A DNA stretch of 64,000 nucleotides from Nitrospirota bacterium (GTDB lineage Bacteria; Nitrospirota; UBA9217), in the NCBI GenBank assembly GCA_963740085.1, contig CAVUCU010000001.1:416001-480000 (forward strand), in the 5' to 3' direction. Positions 41,795 through 51,821 of the stretch are shown here, in pieces. A model generated the notes under the pieces. The model ran no database searches and was not told the origin of the DNA. It saw only the letters and a list, made by a program, of their open reading frames with translations. Numbering within the stretch: position 1 is the stretch's first letter; each line of letters starts with the position of its first letter. The translations under genes and the position numbers were made by a program.

Positions 41795-42694
41795 CTACCC
41801 CACCCCCACCATTCTCTTTGCCGAGATCACGGTATTCTTGAGCAGAATGGCGATGGTGACCGGTCCGACTCCGCCGGGGACCGGTGTGATCAATGACGCT
41901 TTTTTAAATACCGCGTCAAAATCAACATCTCCCACGATCGCGCCATCAGGCAAGATATTGATGCCGATGTCCACAACGACCGCACCCTCTTTCACCATGT
42001 CCGCCTTGATCAATCCCGGCCTGCCCGTGGCCGTGCAGAGAATATCAGCCTGTCTGGTCTCGCTGCCGAGGTCACGCGTCTCGCGATGGCAGACCGAGAC
42101 CGTCGCTTCCTTGACCAGCAGCATCATGGCAAGGGGCTTGCCTACCGCGAGGCTTTTTCCCACGATCACGGCCTTTTTCCCCTTCGGATCGATATTGTAG
42201 TACTCCAGCATCCGCATCACACCATAGGGCGTACAGGGCAGGAACGTGGACCTGACCGAAAGGGTGAATTTCGGCTCGAAAAGATATGCGGTCGATTCAT
42301 CCGCCGACAGACGGCCGACGGAAATAGCGCCCTGACCGTCCACGTCCTTCTCCGGAACGATGGCGTTCACGACCTTCCTGGTGTCGATATTTCGCGGCAG
42401 CGGCATGAAGACCAGGATGCCGTTCGCCCGCTCATCGTTGTTCAGCGTCTTGATGAGGTTTAATATCTCATTCAGGGATGAGGACGCGGGAAGGATGTGG
42501 TTGAACGTATCGATCCCCGCCCGGACCGCTGCGCTCTGGATCGCCTGGTAGTACGTGAACGATGACTTGTCCTCGCCCACCAGCAGGAGCGCAAGCCCTG
42601 CGCGAATGCCGTGCTGGGCCAGCCGGGATGTCTCCTCCCTGATCGCTGCGATAATTTTCGAGGAAAGTTCACCCCCGTGCATCAACTTCGCCAT
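41795..42694 (-). CDS. folD: FolD-family methylenetetrahydrofolate dehydrogenase (atypical active site)
   Basis: PEKDVDG, PCTPYG, VGKP, DIGIN, GDVDF, TPVPGGVGPVT. Confidence 0.92.
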   Translation of the reverse strand: MAKLMHGGELSSKIIAAIREETSRLAQHGIRAGLALLLVGEDKSSFTYYQAIQSAAVRAGIDTFNHILPASSSLNEILNLIKTLNNDERANGILVFMPLPRNIDTRKVVNAIVPEKDVDGQGAISVGRLSADESTAYLFEPKFTLSVRSTFLPCTPYGVMRMLEYYNIDPKGKKAVIVGKSLAVGKPLAMMLLVKEATVSVCHRETRDLGSETRQADILCTATGRPGLIKADMVKEGAVVVDIGINILPDGAIVGDVDFDAVFKKASLITPVPGGVGPVTIAILLKNTVISAKRMVGVG

Positions 42695-42737
42695 ATGGCC
42701 TCCTGTAAATTACCAGCGTAATGTTAAAAAACTTTCA

Positions 42738-42884
42738 CCGCAGAGGAACGCGGAGGACTTCTTGAATTACTTCCTCTTTAGCCCCCACCCCCTGCGACCT
42801 CTCAACAGTCTGCTGACAGACTACTTAGTACCGGATTCGCTTTATTCAAGAATCTGAATTTCTCCGCGTCTCTGCGTCTCCGCG
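42738..42884. repeat. Palindromic intergenic element
   Basis: CCGCAGAGGAACGCGGAG ... CTCCGCGTCTCTGCGTCTCCGCGG. Confidence 0.7.
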
Positions 42885-42924
42885 GGAAAATATCCCTTTC
42901 GTTTTCAAATAACTTTTGACGTTA

Positions 42925-43371
42925 TCAATGCCCCCGGATCTCCGTATGCCTGATCTGCCCGCCGAGGTTCGCGGTGAACCCCACAACGGCCGCAGCGACC
43001 AGCGATAACACGAGCACCAGGGCAATGAACCATTTCGGGATGGTAGCAGAACGGCGGAAAAAAATCAAACCGGCACAACACGCGATGCCGAGGGCCTCTA
43101 TCAGAACGAGCGACAGCTCGGCCATTTCCTCATGCCTGCCGATGTACGCCTCTGTTACGCCGGGAAGGTTCTTCACGACTTTCTGGGCAGCTTCGCCGGT
43201 GAGATATACCGGTACGGTTATGAGCGCGATCAGGACAAAGGCTCCGAGGCTGACCCTTTTGATCTCGTCGCTCCTGGTGACCTGTCCGTACAGGAACAGC
43301 AGAATAGCGAACAAAATGCCTATCACCGGGAAATGATTGATCATGAGATGCAGATGTGCTCCGTTTATCAT
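42925..43371 (-). CDS. Four-TM membrane protein with conserved histidines (DUF2231-like)
   Basis: HLHLMINHFP, TGE, HEEMA, LGGQIRHTEI. Confidence 0.75.
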   Translation of the reverse strand: MINGAHLHLMINHFPVIGILFAILLFLYGQVTRSDEIKRVSLGAFVLIALITVPVYLTGEAAQKVVKNLPGVTEAYIGRHEEMAELSLVLIEALGIACCAGLIFFRRSATIPKWFIALVLVLSLVAAAVVGFTANLGGQIRHTEIRGH

Positions 43372-44999
43372 ATGGCCCCCTTTCTCTCCGGTCCTCGCAG
43401 ACAGGCTGTTTCTTTCTTCAGCTCTTTTTTGAATTCATCCAGTTGATGCCGTCTTTCATCATCGCTCCAGTTGAGTTCCCCGCCCGCGACGCGGGCGATC
43501 TTTTCCGCCTGTGGAAGACCGCGCGATGCAGTAATGCCGAGACGCATCCTGCGGAGAACGATATCGGAAAGCGTTCTCGCCCCTTCCTCCCTGACGCTGT
43601 ACAGTACCTGGGCATAGATATCGCGGCTCTCGGGGGAGATCGACCCGCCCAGGACCGGATCTGTTGCGGCAAGGCCCAGAACCATTTCCGCCCGCGCACC
43701 GTAACAACCGACGAGATGGCGCACGAGTTCGGGCGCAACCCCGTGACGTGATGCCATTTCGGGCACTGCTTCGCGCAGGTACTGCTCATAGTCCATTGAC
43801 AGGCCGCCGGGAAGAGGGTCTTTGTCCGTACTGCAGCGTACACCTGTTCCAAGCACCCCGCGAGCCGCGTCAACCGCGTCCTTTGCCATGTTGCGATAGG
43901 TGGTGAGCTTGCCGCCGGCAATAGTGATGATCCTGTCGTTCCGTCCCTCCCGGATGACCCGATGCTTGCGGGATATCTTTGTCTCGTTCCTGCCCGAGAA
44001 CGCGAGCGGACGGATTCCCGCGTACGTATAAAGGATGGACTCTTTCGTCAAGTTCATCTTCGGCAAAATGCGCCTGCTTTCAGCGAGCAGGTAATCCACC
44101 TCATCCTCATCAGCATGCACGTCGTCCAGGTCGCCGTCGTATTTTGTGTCGGTCGTGCCGATGAGCGAGTAGGCCTTAAGCGGGATGATGAAGAACATCC
44201 TGCCGTCGCGAGAGGTGACGAAAAGCGCCTGGTTCGAGAGCTTCGGCAGCACGAGATGAATGCCCTTTGTGGGAAAGATGATCTTCTCGTGATCGAGATT
44301 TCCCGCCAGCCTCACCTTGTCGATCCACGGCCCCGCGGCATTGATCAGGACCCTGGAGCGGAACGTGGAGGTCGCTCCCGTCAAGGTATCCTTCGCCGTA
44401 ACGACAATGCCGCCGTCCTCCTCTTCGATCTTCTCGGCACGGACATGGTTCAGGAGCGTGGCCCCCTCCTCACGCGCGGAAATGACGTTCTCGATGACCA
44501 GCCGCTCGGGCATCGTGATCTGGTGGTCGTAGAACAGCGCGCTCCCGATGAGCCCTTCCTGGTTCAGACGCGGCTCAAACTCGAGGGTCTTTTGCCTGCT
44601 GGAGGTGAAATAGCGCGGGATGTCTTTCTCATGCGACAGCAGGTCATAGAGGTGAATACCGAGTGACATGACCGCCCTGCCGTGCGGGTCTTCCTGATAG
44701 ATGGGAATAAGGATCGGCATGGGGTGAATGAGATAGGGCGCCTGTCTGCGAAGAATAGCGCGCTCGCGAAGGGATTCGGCAACCAGGTCCATCTCGAAGT
44801 TGGCAAGATAGCGCAGGCCGCCGTGGATCAGGCGCGTGGACTTGGAACTGACGCCCGAAGCGAAGTCCCCTTTTTCCAGCAAAAGGCACGACATTCCCCG
44901 CAGCGCCGCGTCCCGCGCCACGCCGGCCCCGGTGATGCCCCCGCCGATGACGATGAGGTCGAAGGTCTGATCCGATGTTAGAACAGTGTTGGCGCTCAA
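43368..44999 (-). CDS. glpD: FAD-dependent glycerol-3-phosphate dehydrogenase
   Basis: IGGGITGAGVARDAALRG, SSKSTRLIHGGLRYL, NAAGPW, GTTD, GGKLTTYR; TTG start at 44999. Confidence 0.95.
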   Translation of the reverse strand: MSANTVLTSDQTFDLIVIGGGITGAGVARDAALRGMSCLLLEKGDFASGVSSKSTRLIHGGLRYLANFEMDLVAESLRERAILRRQAPYLIHPMPILIPIYQEDPHGRAVMSLGIHLYDLLSHEKDIPRYFTSSRQKTLEFEPRLNQEGLIGSALFYDHQITMPERLVIENVISAREEGATLLNHVRAEKIEEEDGGIVVTAKDTLTGATSTFRSRVLINAAGPWIDKVRLAGNLDHEKIIFPTKGIHLVLPKLSNQALFVTSRDGRMFFIIPLKAYSLIGTTDTKYDGDLDDVHADEDEVDYLLAESRRILPKMNLTKESILYTYAGIRPLAFSGRNETKISRKHRVIREGRNDRIITIAGGKLTTYRNMAKDAVDAARGVLGTGVRCSTDKDPLPGGLSMDYEQYLREAVPEMASRHGVAPELVRHLVGCYGARAEMVLGLAATDPVLGGSISPESRDIYAQVLYSVREEGARTLSDIVLRRMRLGITASRGLPQAEKIARVAGGELNWSDDERRHQLDEFKKELKKETACLRGPERKGAI

Positions 45000-45025
45000 G
45001 GATGGTCTCCGCAAAAGGAAATTCC

Positions 45026-45186
45026 AACTATTCAGATTGGCCGCAAAAGAACACAAAGAACTCAAAGAAAAAAACCTAAATCATGTCTTTCAATTTTAAT
45101 TCTTTCTGCGTTCCTTGCGTGTTTCTCTAAGTGGCCGGTTCATTTTTTAGGCCATTCGCGGCTAATTGATTTTGACCCGAGTAAAT
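45026..45186. repeat. Composite palindromic element (copy 1 flanking glpQ)
   Basis: AACTATTCAG, CCGCAAAAGAACACAAAGAACTCAAAG ... TCTTTCTGCGTTCCTTGCGT, CCCGAGTA. Confidence 0.75.
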
Positions 45187-45200
45187 AAGGAATTTATTTG

Positions 45201-45911
45201 TCATTTGGTGGCTGTTATTTGATGTTCGGCTATTACTTTCTTTAACACCCCGGGCCTGTTCGAATAGATCCCGTCCACACCCCAATCAATGAACTTCCGC
45301 ATCTCATCCTCTTCATCAACGGTCCAGACGTAGAGCGAAAGCCCCTGTTCATGACACGCGGCAACGAGCTTCCTGGTCACCGTCTTCTTGCGCAGGCTCA
45401 CCACGTTATAGCCCCGTGCCAGGTACGATGGAATCGTGCGGATTGCGAAGACATCAAAGATCATCGACGTCGGCAGGTCCGGCATTGCCCGGCGCGCGGC
45501 GGTTACCTCGTCTTCATGAAACGACGACACCAGAATATGCCCTTTATATCCCGAGGCAAGAAGGTACTGCGCCGTCAAAGCCCCCGCGCCGCCGCTCTTG
45601 ATCTCGAGGTTCAGACCGCACCTGCCGGCAACCAGCCCGAGCACGTCGGCCAGCGTGGGGACCGGCTCATTGTTTTTAAGCCTCACCCCCGCGATCTTTT
45701 CCGCGGTCGCCCGTTCGATGTCGATATTCTTCCCGGCCGTTCTGCCGGTCAACTTGTCGTGCATCACGTAGAGACCATTGTCGCGGCTCCTGCGGATGTC
45801 GATCTCGATCATGTCCACGGACAGGGAAAGGGCGCGGCGAATGGAGTCAAGGGAATTTTCAAGGGCGTTGGACGAATCTCCGCGGTGGGCGATCGCAAGG
45901 GGTATGGGCAT
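45201..45911 (-). CDS. Glycerophosphodiester phosphodiesterase (GlpQ/UgpQ family)
   Basis: IAHRG, EN, EIDI, VMHD, NLEIK, VWTVD, GVDGIYSN. Confidence 0.94.
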   Translation of the reverse strand: MPIPLAIAHRGDSSNALENSLDSIRRALSLSVDMIEIDIRRSRDNGLYVMHDKLTGRTAGKNIDIERATAEKIAGVRLKNNEPVPTLADVLGLVAGRCGLNLEIKSGGAGALTAQYLLASGYKGHILVSSFHEDEVTAARRAMPDLPTSMIFDVFAIRTIPSYLARGYNVVSLRKKTVTRKLVAACHEQGLSLYVWTVDEEDEMRKFIDWGVDGIYSNRPGVLKKVIAEHQITATK

Positions 45912-45956
45912 GAAGGGATTATAGCAAATAACCAGTCATGACGGTTATAATTTTGT

Positions 45957-46104
45957 AACTACTCAGGTCAAAACCGGTTATCCGCAGAGAACGCAATGAG
46001 CTCAAAGAAAAAGCTTGAATCTTAATTTTTGGTAGCAAATTCTCTCTGCGTTCCTTGCGTTCTTTGCGGTTAATCTGTCTTTCCTAATATCATCCCGAGT
46101 AGTT
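45957..46104. repeat. Composite palindromic element (copy 2 flanking glpQ)
   Basis: AACTACTCAGG, CCGCAGAGAACGCAATGAGCTCAAAG ... CTCTGCGTTCCTTGCGTTCTTTGCGG, CCCGAGTAGTT. Confidence 0.8.
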
Positions 46105-46144
46105 GTTTAAATTTTTCGATGCAATAAGGATGGATTTCTGACCT

Positions 46145-46216
<72 letters not shown>

Positions 46217-47174
46217 TTACTGTTTCTCCCCCGTCACCGTCTCCATGATCTTGTCCTTGATCGACCGGATATGGGCCGCAAGCCCCTTATGCGGCACCAC
46301 GGCGCGGTGGATGACCGTTCGTATGGCAATGAGCTTTTCCAGCGCGGCGGTCTCGCCCTGTTTGTACAGGTCCTTCGGATTGCTGAAGTCGGCCCAGTGC
46401 GTATCGCCCACTGCGGGGTGGATCACGACATCCGCGTCCCGGACCAGGATCTCGTTCAAGATAGATCCGCGTCACCGCATCGGCGCGGAGAACGATATCA
46501 AGACCGGACCTTTCTTCGAACATTGCAACATCGCTCGACACGTCCACGGCAATCACGATGTCTGCGCCCATGTCCCAGGCGCAGATCACGGGAACACGCT
46601 CCACCCAGCCGCCGTCCACGAGCAGCATGTCGCCGTCCTTTATGGGCGGAAAGATGCCGGGAAGCGCGCAGCTCGCGCTGATGGCGGTGCGAAGCGAGCC
46701 GGTCGTATACATGACGCGCTTGCCATTCCGGATGTCCGTGGCCACGCAGGCGAAAGGGATCTTTGTCTGTTCAATGGATATATCGGGGATCAGGGGATAG
46801 ATGAGGTCGCGGTATTCCTGTTCAGCGACAAATGCGGACTGCGTTGCCGTAACGCCCCAGAAATATCCCTTGCGTATCAGGAAGGACATGTCGCTGAAGA
46901 AACCGCGGTTGTGGTTGTTCGGCTGTTCGAGCTTTCGAATGAATTCAAGGCGGGTTTTGCGCGAAACGTAACTGTGCAGGAACTGCTCCACCCGCTCCAT
47001 CCAGTAGGCGGCATCGGGCCTGGTGGCATAAAGCCCTCCCATCATGGCGCCGAGGCTGGTGCCGGCGATCATGTGGATGGGGACCTGCGCGTCTTCGAAC
47101 ACCTTGAGCACGCCGAGGTGGGCAAGCCCCCTCGCCGCTCCTCCGCCCAATGCCAGACAGATCTTTGGTTCCAT
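46217..47174 (-). CDS. Patatin-like phospholipase, frameshift near 46460
   Basis: GGGAARGLAHLG, GTSLG, LVDGG; C-terminus continues in ORF 46217-46459. Confidence 0.92.
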
Positions 47175-47293
47175 AGATCGGACGCTCCCCCGTAAAACAG
47201 CTTCTCTGTCGCTGATATCCCGTGAACAATGATAGCATCATAAGCCGTGCGTGTAAAGATGTAATCCTGGAAACAACAGTGGTACTTATTTGG

Positions 47294-47616
47294 CCGCAAA
47301 GAACGCAGAGAAATCCAAAAAGATAAAAACGTCAGGTTCCTTCGTCCTTTAGTAAAAAGCTTTTCTCACCGCCGAGGCGCGGAGACACAGAGTACTGACT
47401 TATAGTTAAATCGGATTACCAGGTATTACGTCTTTATTATCCACTGATCAATCCGGATGTAGTAAAGGGTTCCAGGACTTATAAATTCACAAAATTCCCC
47501 ACGCCATTCTCAGTGCCTCTGCGTCTCTGCGGAGCTGCCCAAAAAAACATATGCACACGTGGAGCTTTCTTCTCAAAAAGTTTGATCCATTTCTGCGATT
47601 TCTGCGTTCCTTGAGG
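47294..47616. repeat. Two nested palindromic elements
   Basis: Outer CCGCAAAGAACGCAGAG ... TTCTGCGTTCCTTGAGG; inner (47369-47532) CCGCCGAGGCGCGGAGACACAGAG ... CTCAGTGCCTCTGCGTCTCTGCGG. Confidence 0.75.
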
Positions 47617-47651
47617 TTAACTGCCCTTATCAGGTTAATTGAAATTATTCA

Positions 47652-47692
47652 TTGACTAAACAAGGAGTTCATGGTATGTTCACAATATGAAC
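47652..47692 (+). promoter_or_regulatory. Leaderless sigma70 promoter with an overlapping palindromic operator candidate
   Basis: TTGACT-N17-TATGTT, 6 nt, ATG; GTTCA-N5-TGAAC at 47678-47692. Confidence 0.6.
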
Positions 47693-48295
47693 GCCGAAAA
47701 ACAGTCCCCCTTCGGGACCGAGCCGTACCGTTCACTCCAGATACTGGACGAACTTTCCAACAACGATTCCCTCACCCAGCGGGACCTCAGCAGCCGACTC
47801 GGCATCGCCCTCGGGCTCGTCAACTCCTACATCAAGAACCTCGTGAAAAAAGGGTTCATCACGGTTAAAGCGATCCCCACCAAGCGTTATGCCTACTACC
47901 TGACACCGAAAGGCTTTACGGAAAAGACACGGTTGACCTACGATCTGCTGCATGACTATACGAGGATCTATCGCGAGGCACGGGAAAACCTGAAGACCCT
48001 CTTCAATAAAATGCAGAATGATGGCATAAAAAAGGTGGTTTTTGCCGGCGCCGATGAGATTGCCGAGATCGCCTATATCTCTCTGCAGGAAACGACGATC
48101 GAACTGATCGCGGTCGCGGATGAGGAGCGGTCCGGGGAAATATTTTTCAGCAGGACCATCCAGCCCCTGCAGGCGATCGAGGGCATGGACTATGACAGCA
48201 TTGTGGTCACTTCCTATTTGAAAAGAAATATGATCTACGAGAAACTTATTCAGTTGAAGGTGGACAAAGAAGATATTCGAATTATATTTACGTAA
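47687..48295 (+). CDS. Winged-helix (MarR-like, EPS-locus-associated) transcription regulator with C-terminal Rossmann-like domain
   Basis: LTQRDLS..LGIALGLVNSYIK, YAYYLTPKGFTEK, VVFAGADEIAE. Confidence 0.9.
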   Translation: MNAEKQSPFGTEPYRSLQILDELSNNDSLTQRDLSSRLGIALGLVNSYIKNLVKKGFITVKAIPTKRYAYYLTPKGFTEKTRLTYDLLHDYTRIYREARENLKTLFNKMQNDGIKKVVFAGADEIAEIAYISLQETTIELIAVADEERSGEIFFSRTIQPLQAIEGMDYDSIVVTSYLKRNMIYEKLIQLKVDKEDIRIIFT

Positions 48296-48421
48296 CCCGG
48301 ACAAGCCGGAACCAAACCTGGAACCGCGATGGCGCGAAGGTCGCGAAGGAAACCAGTCAGATCTTGAAAAAAAGAAATCATATTGTTATTGACGTCCTTG
48401 CGCTCTTCGCGACTTCGCGGT
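48293..48421. repeat. Palindromic element with TAACCCGGACAA leader
   Basis: ACCGCGATGGCGCGAAGGTCGCGAAGG ... CCTTGCGCTCTTCGCGACTTCGCGGT; leader motif recurs at 63486. Confidence 0.78.
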
Positions 48422-48538
48422 AAAATTCTTACCGTTTTGAGTAGAATTTGATTCCTTAGTTACTAAAGCGGAGTTTGATTTTCCGCGATCTGAAATAAAA
48501 TAGACTTGTTCAGGAGTGTCATGAGAGAGGGAAAGACC

Positions 48539-48871
48539 ATGAGATCAGTCATTACCAGCCTCACAATAATGCTTTGCCTGCTGTCCTTTTCTGCCTGCAG
48601 CAAACCGGAATCCAAATTAGTCGGCACCTGGATCAATGAAAAAACATCGAGCAGCATGGAATTCAAAAGCGACAAGACGGGAGTCATTCATCAGAAGACG
48701 CATGCCGACATTCCCGCCGACCTTGCTTTCAAATGGACGATGCTTGGCGACAAGCAGTTCAGGGTCGAGGCGACTGTGCCGGGGTCCCCTGATCTCTCGA
48801 CGGCGGAAGGAAGACTTGAAGGAAGCGATACCCTTATCCTTCAAAATGATACCTTCAAGAAGATGAAATAG
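48539..48871 (+). CDS. Small lipoprotein, lipocalin-like/DUF5640-like
   Basis: Lipobox FSAC; KLVGTW...MEFKSDKTG. Confidence 0.7.
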   Translation: MRSVITSLTIMLCLLSFSACSKPESKLVGTWINEKTSSSMEFKSDKTGVIHQKTHADIPADLAFKWTMLGDKQFRVEATVPGSPDLSTAEGRLEGSDTLILQNDTFKKMK

Positions 48872-49023
48872 AAGGAATGGCTGGAATAATGGGCCGAATT
48901 GGTAAAAGACATCGTGGGGTACAAGGGCAAGACCTCGCTTCGTGAAGGATGGCCAAAAATAAGAGAGTGTCTTCGACCTCATGCCACTGATCAATTTGCT
49001 TTTTAAAAGAGGAGGAAATTTCC

Positions 49024-50262
49024 ATGACTGCATACAAAGAGATCGATAAATGCCGCGTGAGCGGCAGCAAGAACCTGGTGTCGGTCCTTAATCTCGGGCA
49101 TCAGGTCCTAACCGGTGTCTTCCCCAAGAGCGCGTCCGAAAAGATTACTTCCGGACCTCTTGAGCTGGTCTGGTGCCCCGACGGCGGTCTCCTGCAGCTC
49201 CGACACTCCTATGATCCCGGTGAAATGTACGGTCTGAATTATGGTTACCGTTCCGGACTGAACCAATCCATGGTGAATCATCTGACGGAAAAGGTCAAAT
49301 ATCTTGAACGGCTGGCCGCGTTGAAGTCAGGCGACGTGGTGCTGGACATCGGCAGCAACGATGCGACCACGCTGAAGGCCTATTCGACCAAAGGGATCAA
49401 GCTGATCGGCATTGATCCCACGGGGAGGAAGTTTTCTCAGTATTATACGGACAACATTAAACTGGTCCCGGACTTCTTTACTGCCGCCGCATTTCGCTCT
49501 CTTGAATCGGGTCCTGCAAAAATTGTTACCTCCATAGCCATGTTCTACGATCTTGATGCCCCGGTTGAATTTGCCAAACAGATCGAATCGGTCCTCGCCG
49601 ATGACGGGGTATGGCATTTTGAGCAGAGCTACATGCCTTCGATGCTCCGCATGAATTCCTATGACACGATCTGCCATGAACACCTTGAATACTACTCGCT
49701 CGGCGTGGTAAAAATTATTTTGGAGAAGGCGGGGCTCAAGATAGTCGACGTCGTGATGAACGCGATAAACGGAGGAAGTTTTGCAGTGACCGCGGCCAAG
49801 GCCGGGAACCGTAGCATCGTTCCAAACCTCGCCGTCATCGACTGGCTGCTTGAGCAGGAGCACAGGATGGGGCTGAATACTCCCCGCCCCTACCGCGACT
49901 TTGAGGAGCGCGTCTTCCGCCACAGGGACGACCTTACAAGGTTGATCCGGGCCCTGAATGCGGACGGGAAAAAGATCCTCGGCTATGGGGCCTCGACGAA
50001 AGGCAACGTGGTCCTTCAGTTCTGCGGCCTGACGAATAAAGATATTCCTGCGATCGCTGAAGTTAATGCAGAAAAATTCGGCCACGTTACACCGGGGACA
50101 CACATACCGATCATATCGGAGCAAGAGGCCCGGGCCATGAAGCCGGATTACTTCTTCGTGCTTCCCTGGCACTTCAAGGATGGGATCCTCCGGCGCGAGA
50201 AGGAGTATTTGACAAGTGGAGGAAAAATGATATTCCCGTTCCCGGAAATCGAGATTGTGTAG
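49024..50262 (+). CDS. NDP-hexose C-methyltransferase family protein
   Basis: LDIGSNDAT, GIDP, YDTICHEHLEYY, NGGS, YGASTKG, VLPWHF. Confidence 0.9.
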   Translation: MTAYKEIDKCRVSGSKNLVSVLNLGHQVLTGVFPKSASEKITSGPLELVWCPDGGLLQLRHSYDPGEMYGLNYGYRSGLNQSMVNHLTEKVKYLERLAALKSGDVVLDIGSNDATTLKAYSTKGIKLIGIDPTGRKFSQYYTDNIKLVPDFFTAAAFRSLESGPAKIVTSIAMFYDLDAPVEFAKQIESVLADDGVWHFEQSYMPSMLRMNSYDTICHEHLEYYSLGVVKIILEKAGLKIVDVVMNAINGGSFAVTAAKAGNRSIVPNLAVIDWLLEQEHRMGLNTPRPYRDFEERVFRHRDDLTRLIRALNADGKKILGYGASTKGNVVLQFCGLTNKDIPAIAEVNAEKFGHVTPGTHIPIISEQEARAMKPDYFFVLPWHFKDGILRREKEYLTSGGKMIFPFPEIEIV

Positions 50263-50303
50263 CACTACGATAGTAGCTGAGAGGAGCATGGGAAAAACCA
50301 ATA

Positions 50304-51821
50304 ATGAGTGACGAGAATACACACTCCACCAACGATCCGGGTAATTTCCAGGACCTTAAGAGCAAATCGCTGGCAGGAATCGGCTCATTATTGCGCCGTC
50401 AGATATTTGTCTATGGTTTCTTCTTCCTGGGCAATATTGTGCTGGCCCGGATTCTCCTCCCCCAGTTGTTCGGCATCTACGCTATCGTCTCTTTCGTTGT
50501 CCAGTTCTTTTCCACATTTAGCGATGTCGGTATCGGCGCGGCGTTGATCCAAAAAAAGGACAAGCTGAACAACGAAGAGCTATCAACGATATTCTGGCTT
50601 CAGCAGGTACTGGTATTCATTGTCTTCATTCTGGTGTTTCTCGCGGCACCACTCGTATTGCGAATATACACTACAATTCCACCGGAAAGCGTGTGGTTCA
50701 TCCGGGTGATGGCCCTGAGTTTTCTCTTTACATCACTGAAAACAGTACCGGCCATCCTGATGGAAAGGGCTATCGATTTTAATAAAGTAGCATGGGTGGA
50801 TATTTCGGAAAGCGCGGTATTTCAAGTGACTGCAATATCCCTTGCATTAACGGGGTTTGGGGTTTGGAGCTTTATTGTAGCGGCACTGTTCCAGAGTGTC
50901 GTCGGAGTAATTCTTATCTATTCTCTTTCTTCATGGCGACCTTCATTGGTATATAATTTCAATTCTGCACGAAATCTCATCGGCTTCGGCCTTCCCTATC
51001 AGGGAAACACTATCTTAAGTTTTATTAAAGACGCGGTCACCCCTCTGTTCGTCGGCGCGTATGCCGGCGCAGCAGCAGTCGGCTACGTCAATTGGGGGCG
51101 CAATCTTGCCTTTGCACCACTAATGCTTTCACAAAGTTTTGGTAGAGTTGCTTTTCCAGCATATGCCCGGCTCCAGCATGACAAAATGCTTTTGCAGGAT
51201 GCGGTTGAACGGTCCATTCGCATGATGACGCTGATCATGTTTCCTATAACAGCCATGCTGTTTGCATTGGGACCTGAAATAACCCATGTGATCTTTACCG
51301 ACAAATGGAGGCCAGGTTTATTGTCATTCTATTTTTATTGCACTTCGCCATTTATCATAGGCATCATGCTTCCATTATACAGCGCGATCTTGTCACTCGG
51401 TAAGTCCAATCTTCTGCTAAAAATGTCTTCAGTTCTTCTCGTCCTTGAATGGGGTTTGGGTGTTCCTTTTGTTCTGATGTTTGGTTACAATGGGATATCG
51501 TTCAGCCAGCCGATTATTGCTGTGATATTCTACTTTGTATATAAGCACATTCTCTCAGAAGATTTGCTGCACGTTTCTGTGATCCAAAATGTTTATTCAC
51601 AGCTCATGGCCGCTGTTCTATGCGGAATCGTCGTAAAAATCATGATGTCAATGCTCACGGCCAGCATCATTACGTTACCTACATTATTTGTGACAGGAAG
51701 TATCTTTTATGTTTTGCTCATTTATTTTATAAAGAAGGAAATGCTGATAGAGGTTGTTCAATACATCAGAGAGATCATCGGGGGCAGACAGCCGAATTAT
51801 GAAAAAAGTCCTACTGGTTAA
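50304..51821 (+). CDS. Wzx-type oligosaccharide flippase
   Basis: LARILLPQLFGIYA, DVGIGAALIQ, many TM segments, RVAFPAYARLQ. Confidence 0.92.
   Translation: MSDENTHSTNDPGNFQDLKSKSLAGIGSLLRRQIFVYGFFFLGNIVLARILLPQLFGIYAIVSFVVQFFSTFSDVGIGAALIQKKDKLNNEELSTIFWLQQVLVFIVFILVFLAAPLVLRIYTTIPPESVWFIRVMALSFLFTSLKTVPAILMERAIDFNKVAWVDISESAVFQVTAISLALTGFGVWSFIVAALFQSVVGVILIYSLSSWRPSLVYNFNSARNLIGFGLPYQGNTILSFIKDAVTPLFVGAYAGAAAVGYVNWGRNLAFAPLMLSQSFGRVAFPAYARLQHDKMLLQDAVERSIRMMTLIMFPITAMLFALGPEITHVIFTDKWRPGLLSFYFYCTSPFIIGIMLPLYSAILSLGKSNLLLKMSSVLLVLEWGLGVPFVLMFGYNGISFSQPIIAVIFYFVYKHILSEDLLHVSVIQNVYSQLMAAVLCGIVVKIMMSMLTASIITLPTLFVTGSIFYVLLIYFIKKEMLIEVVQYIREIIGGRQPNYEKSPTG

Noticed and set aside
45026-46104. 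Integron attC sites around glpQ
   Set aside because: Ends do not match RYYYAAC/GTTRRRY, there is no integrase, and the same repeat family occurs between core housekeeping genes.
49327-50322. Long antisense ORFs (also 31456-32397, 46245-47195, 57147-58007)
   Set aside because: They are shadows of well-supported genes on the opposite strand and carry no recognisable motifs.
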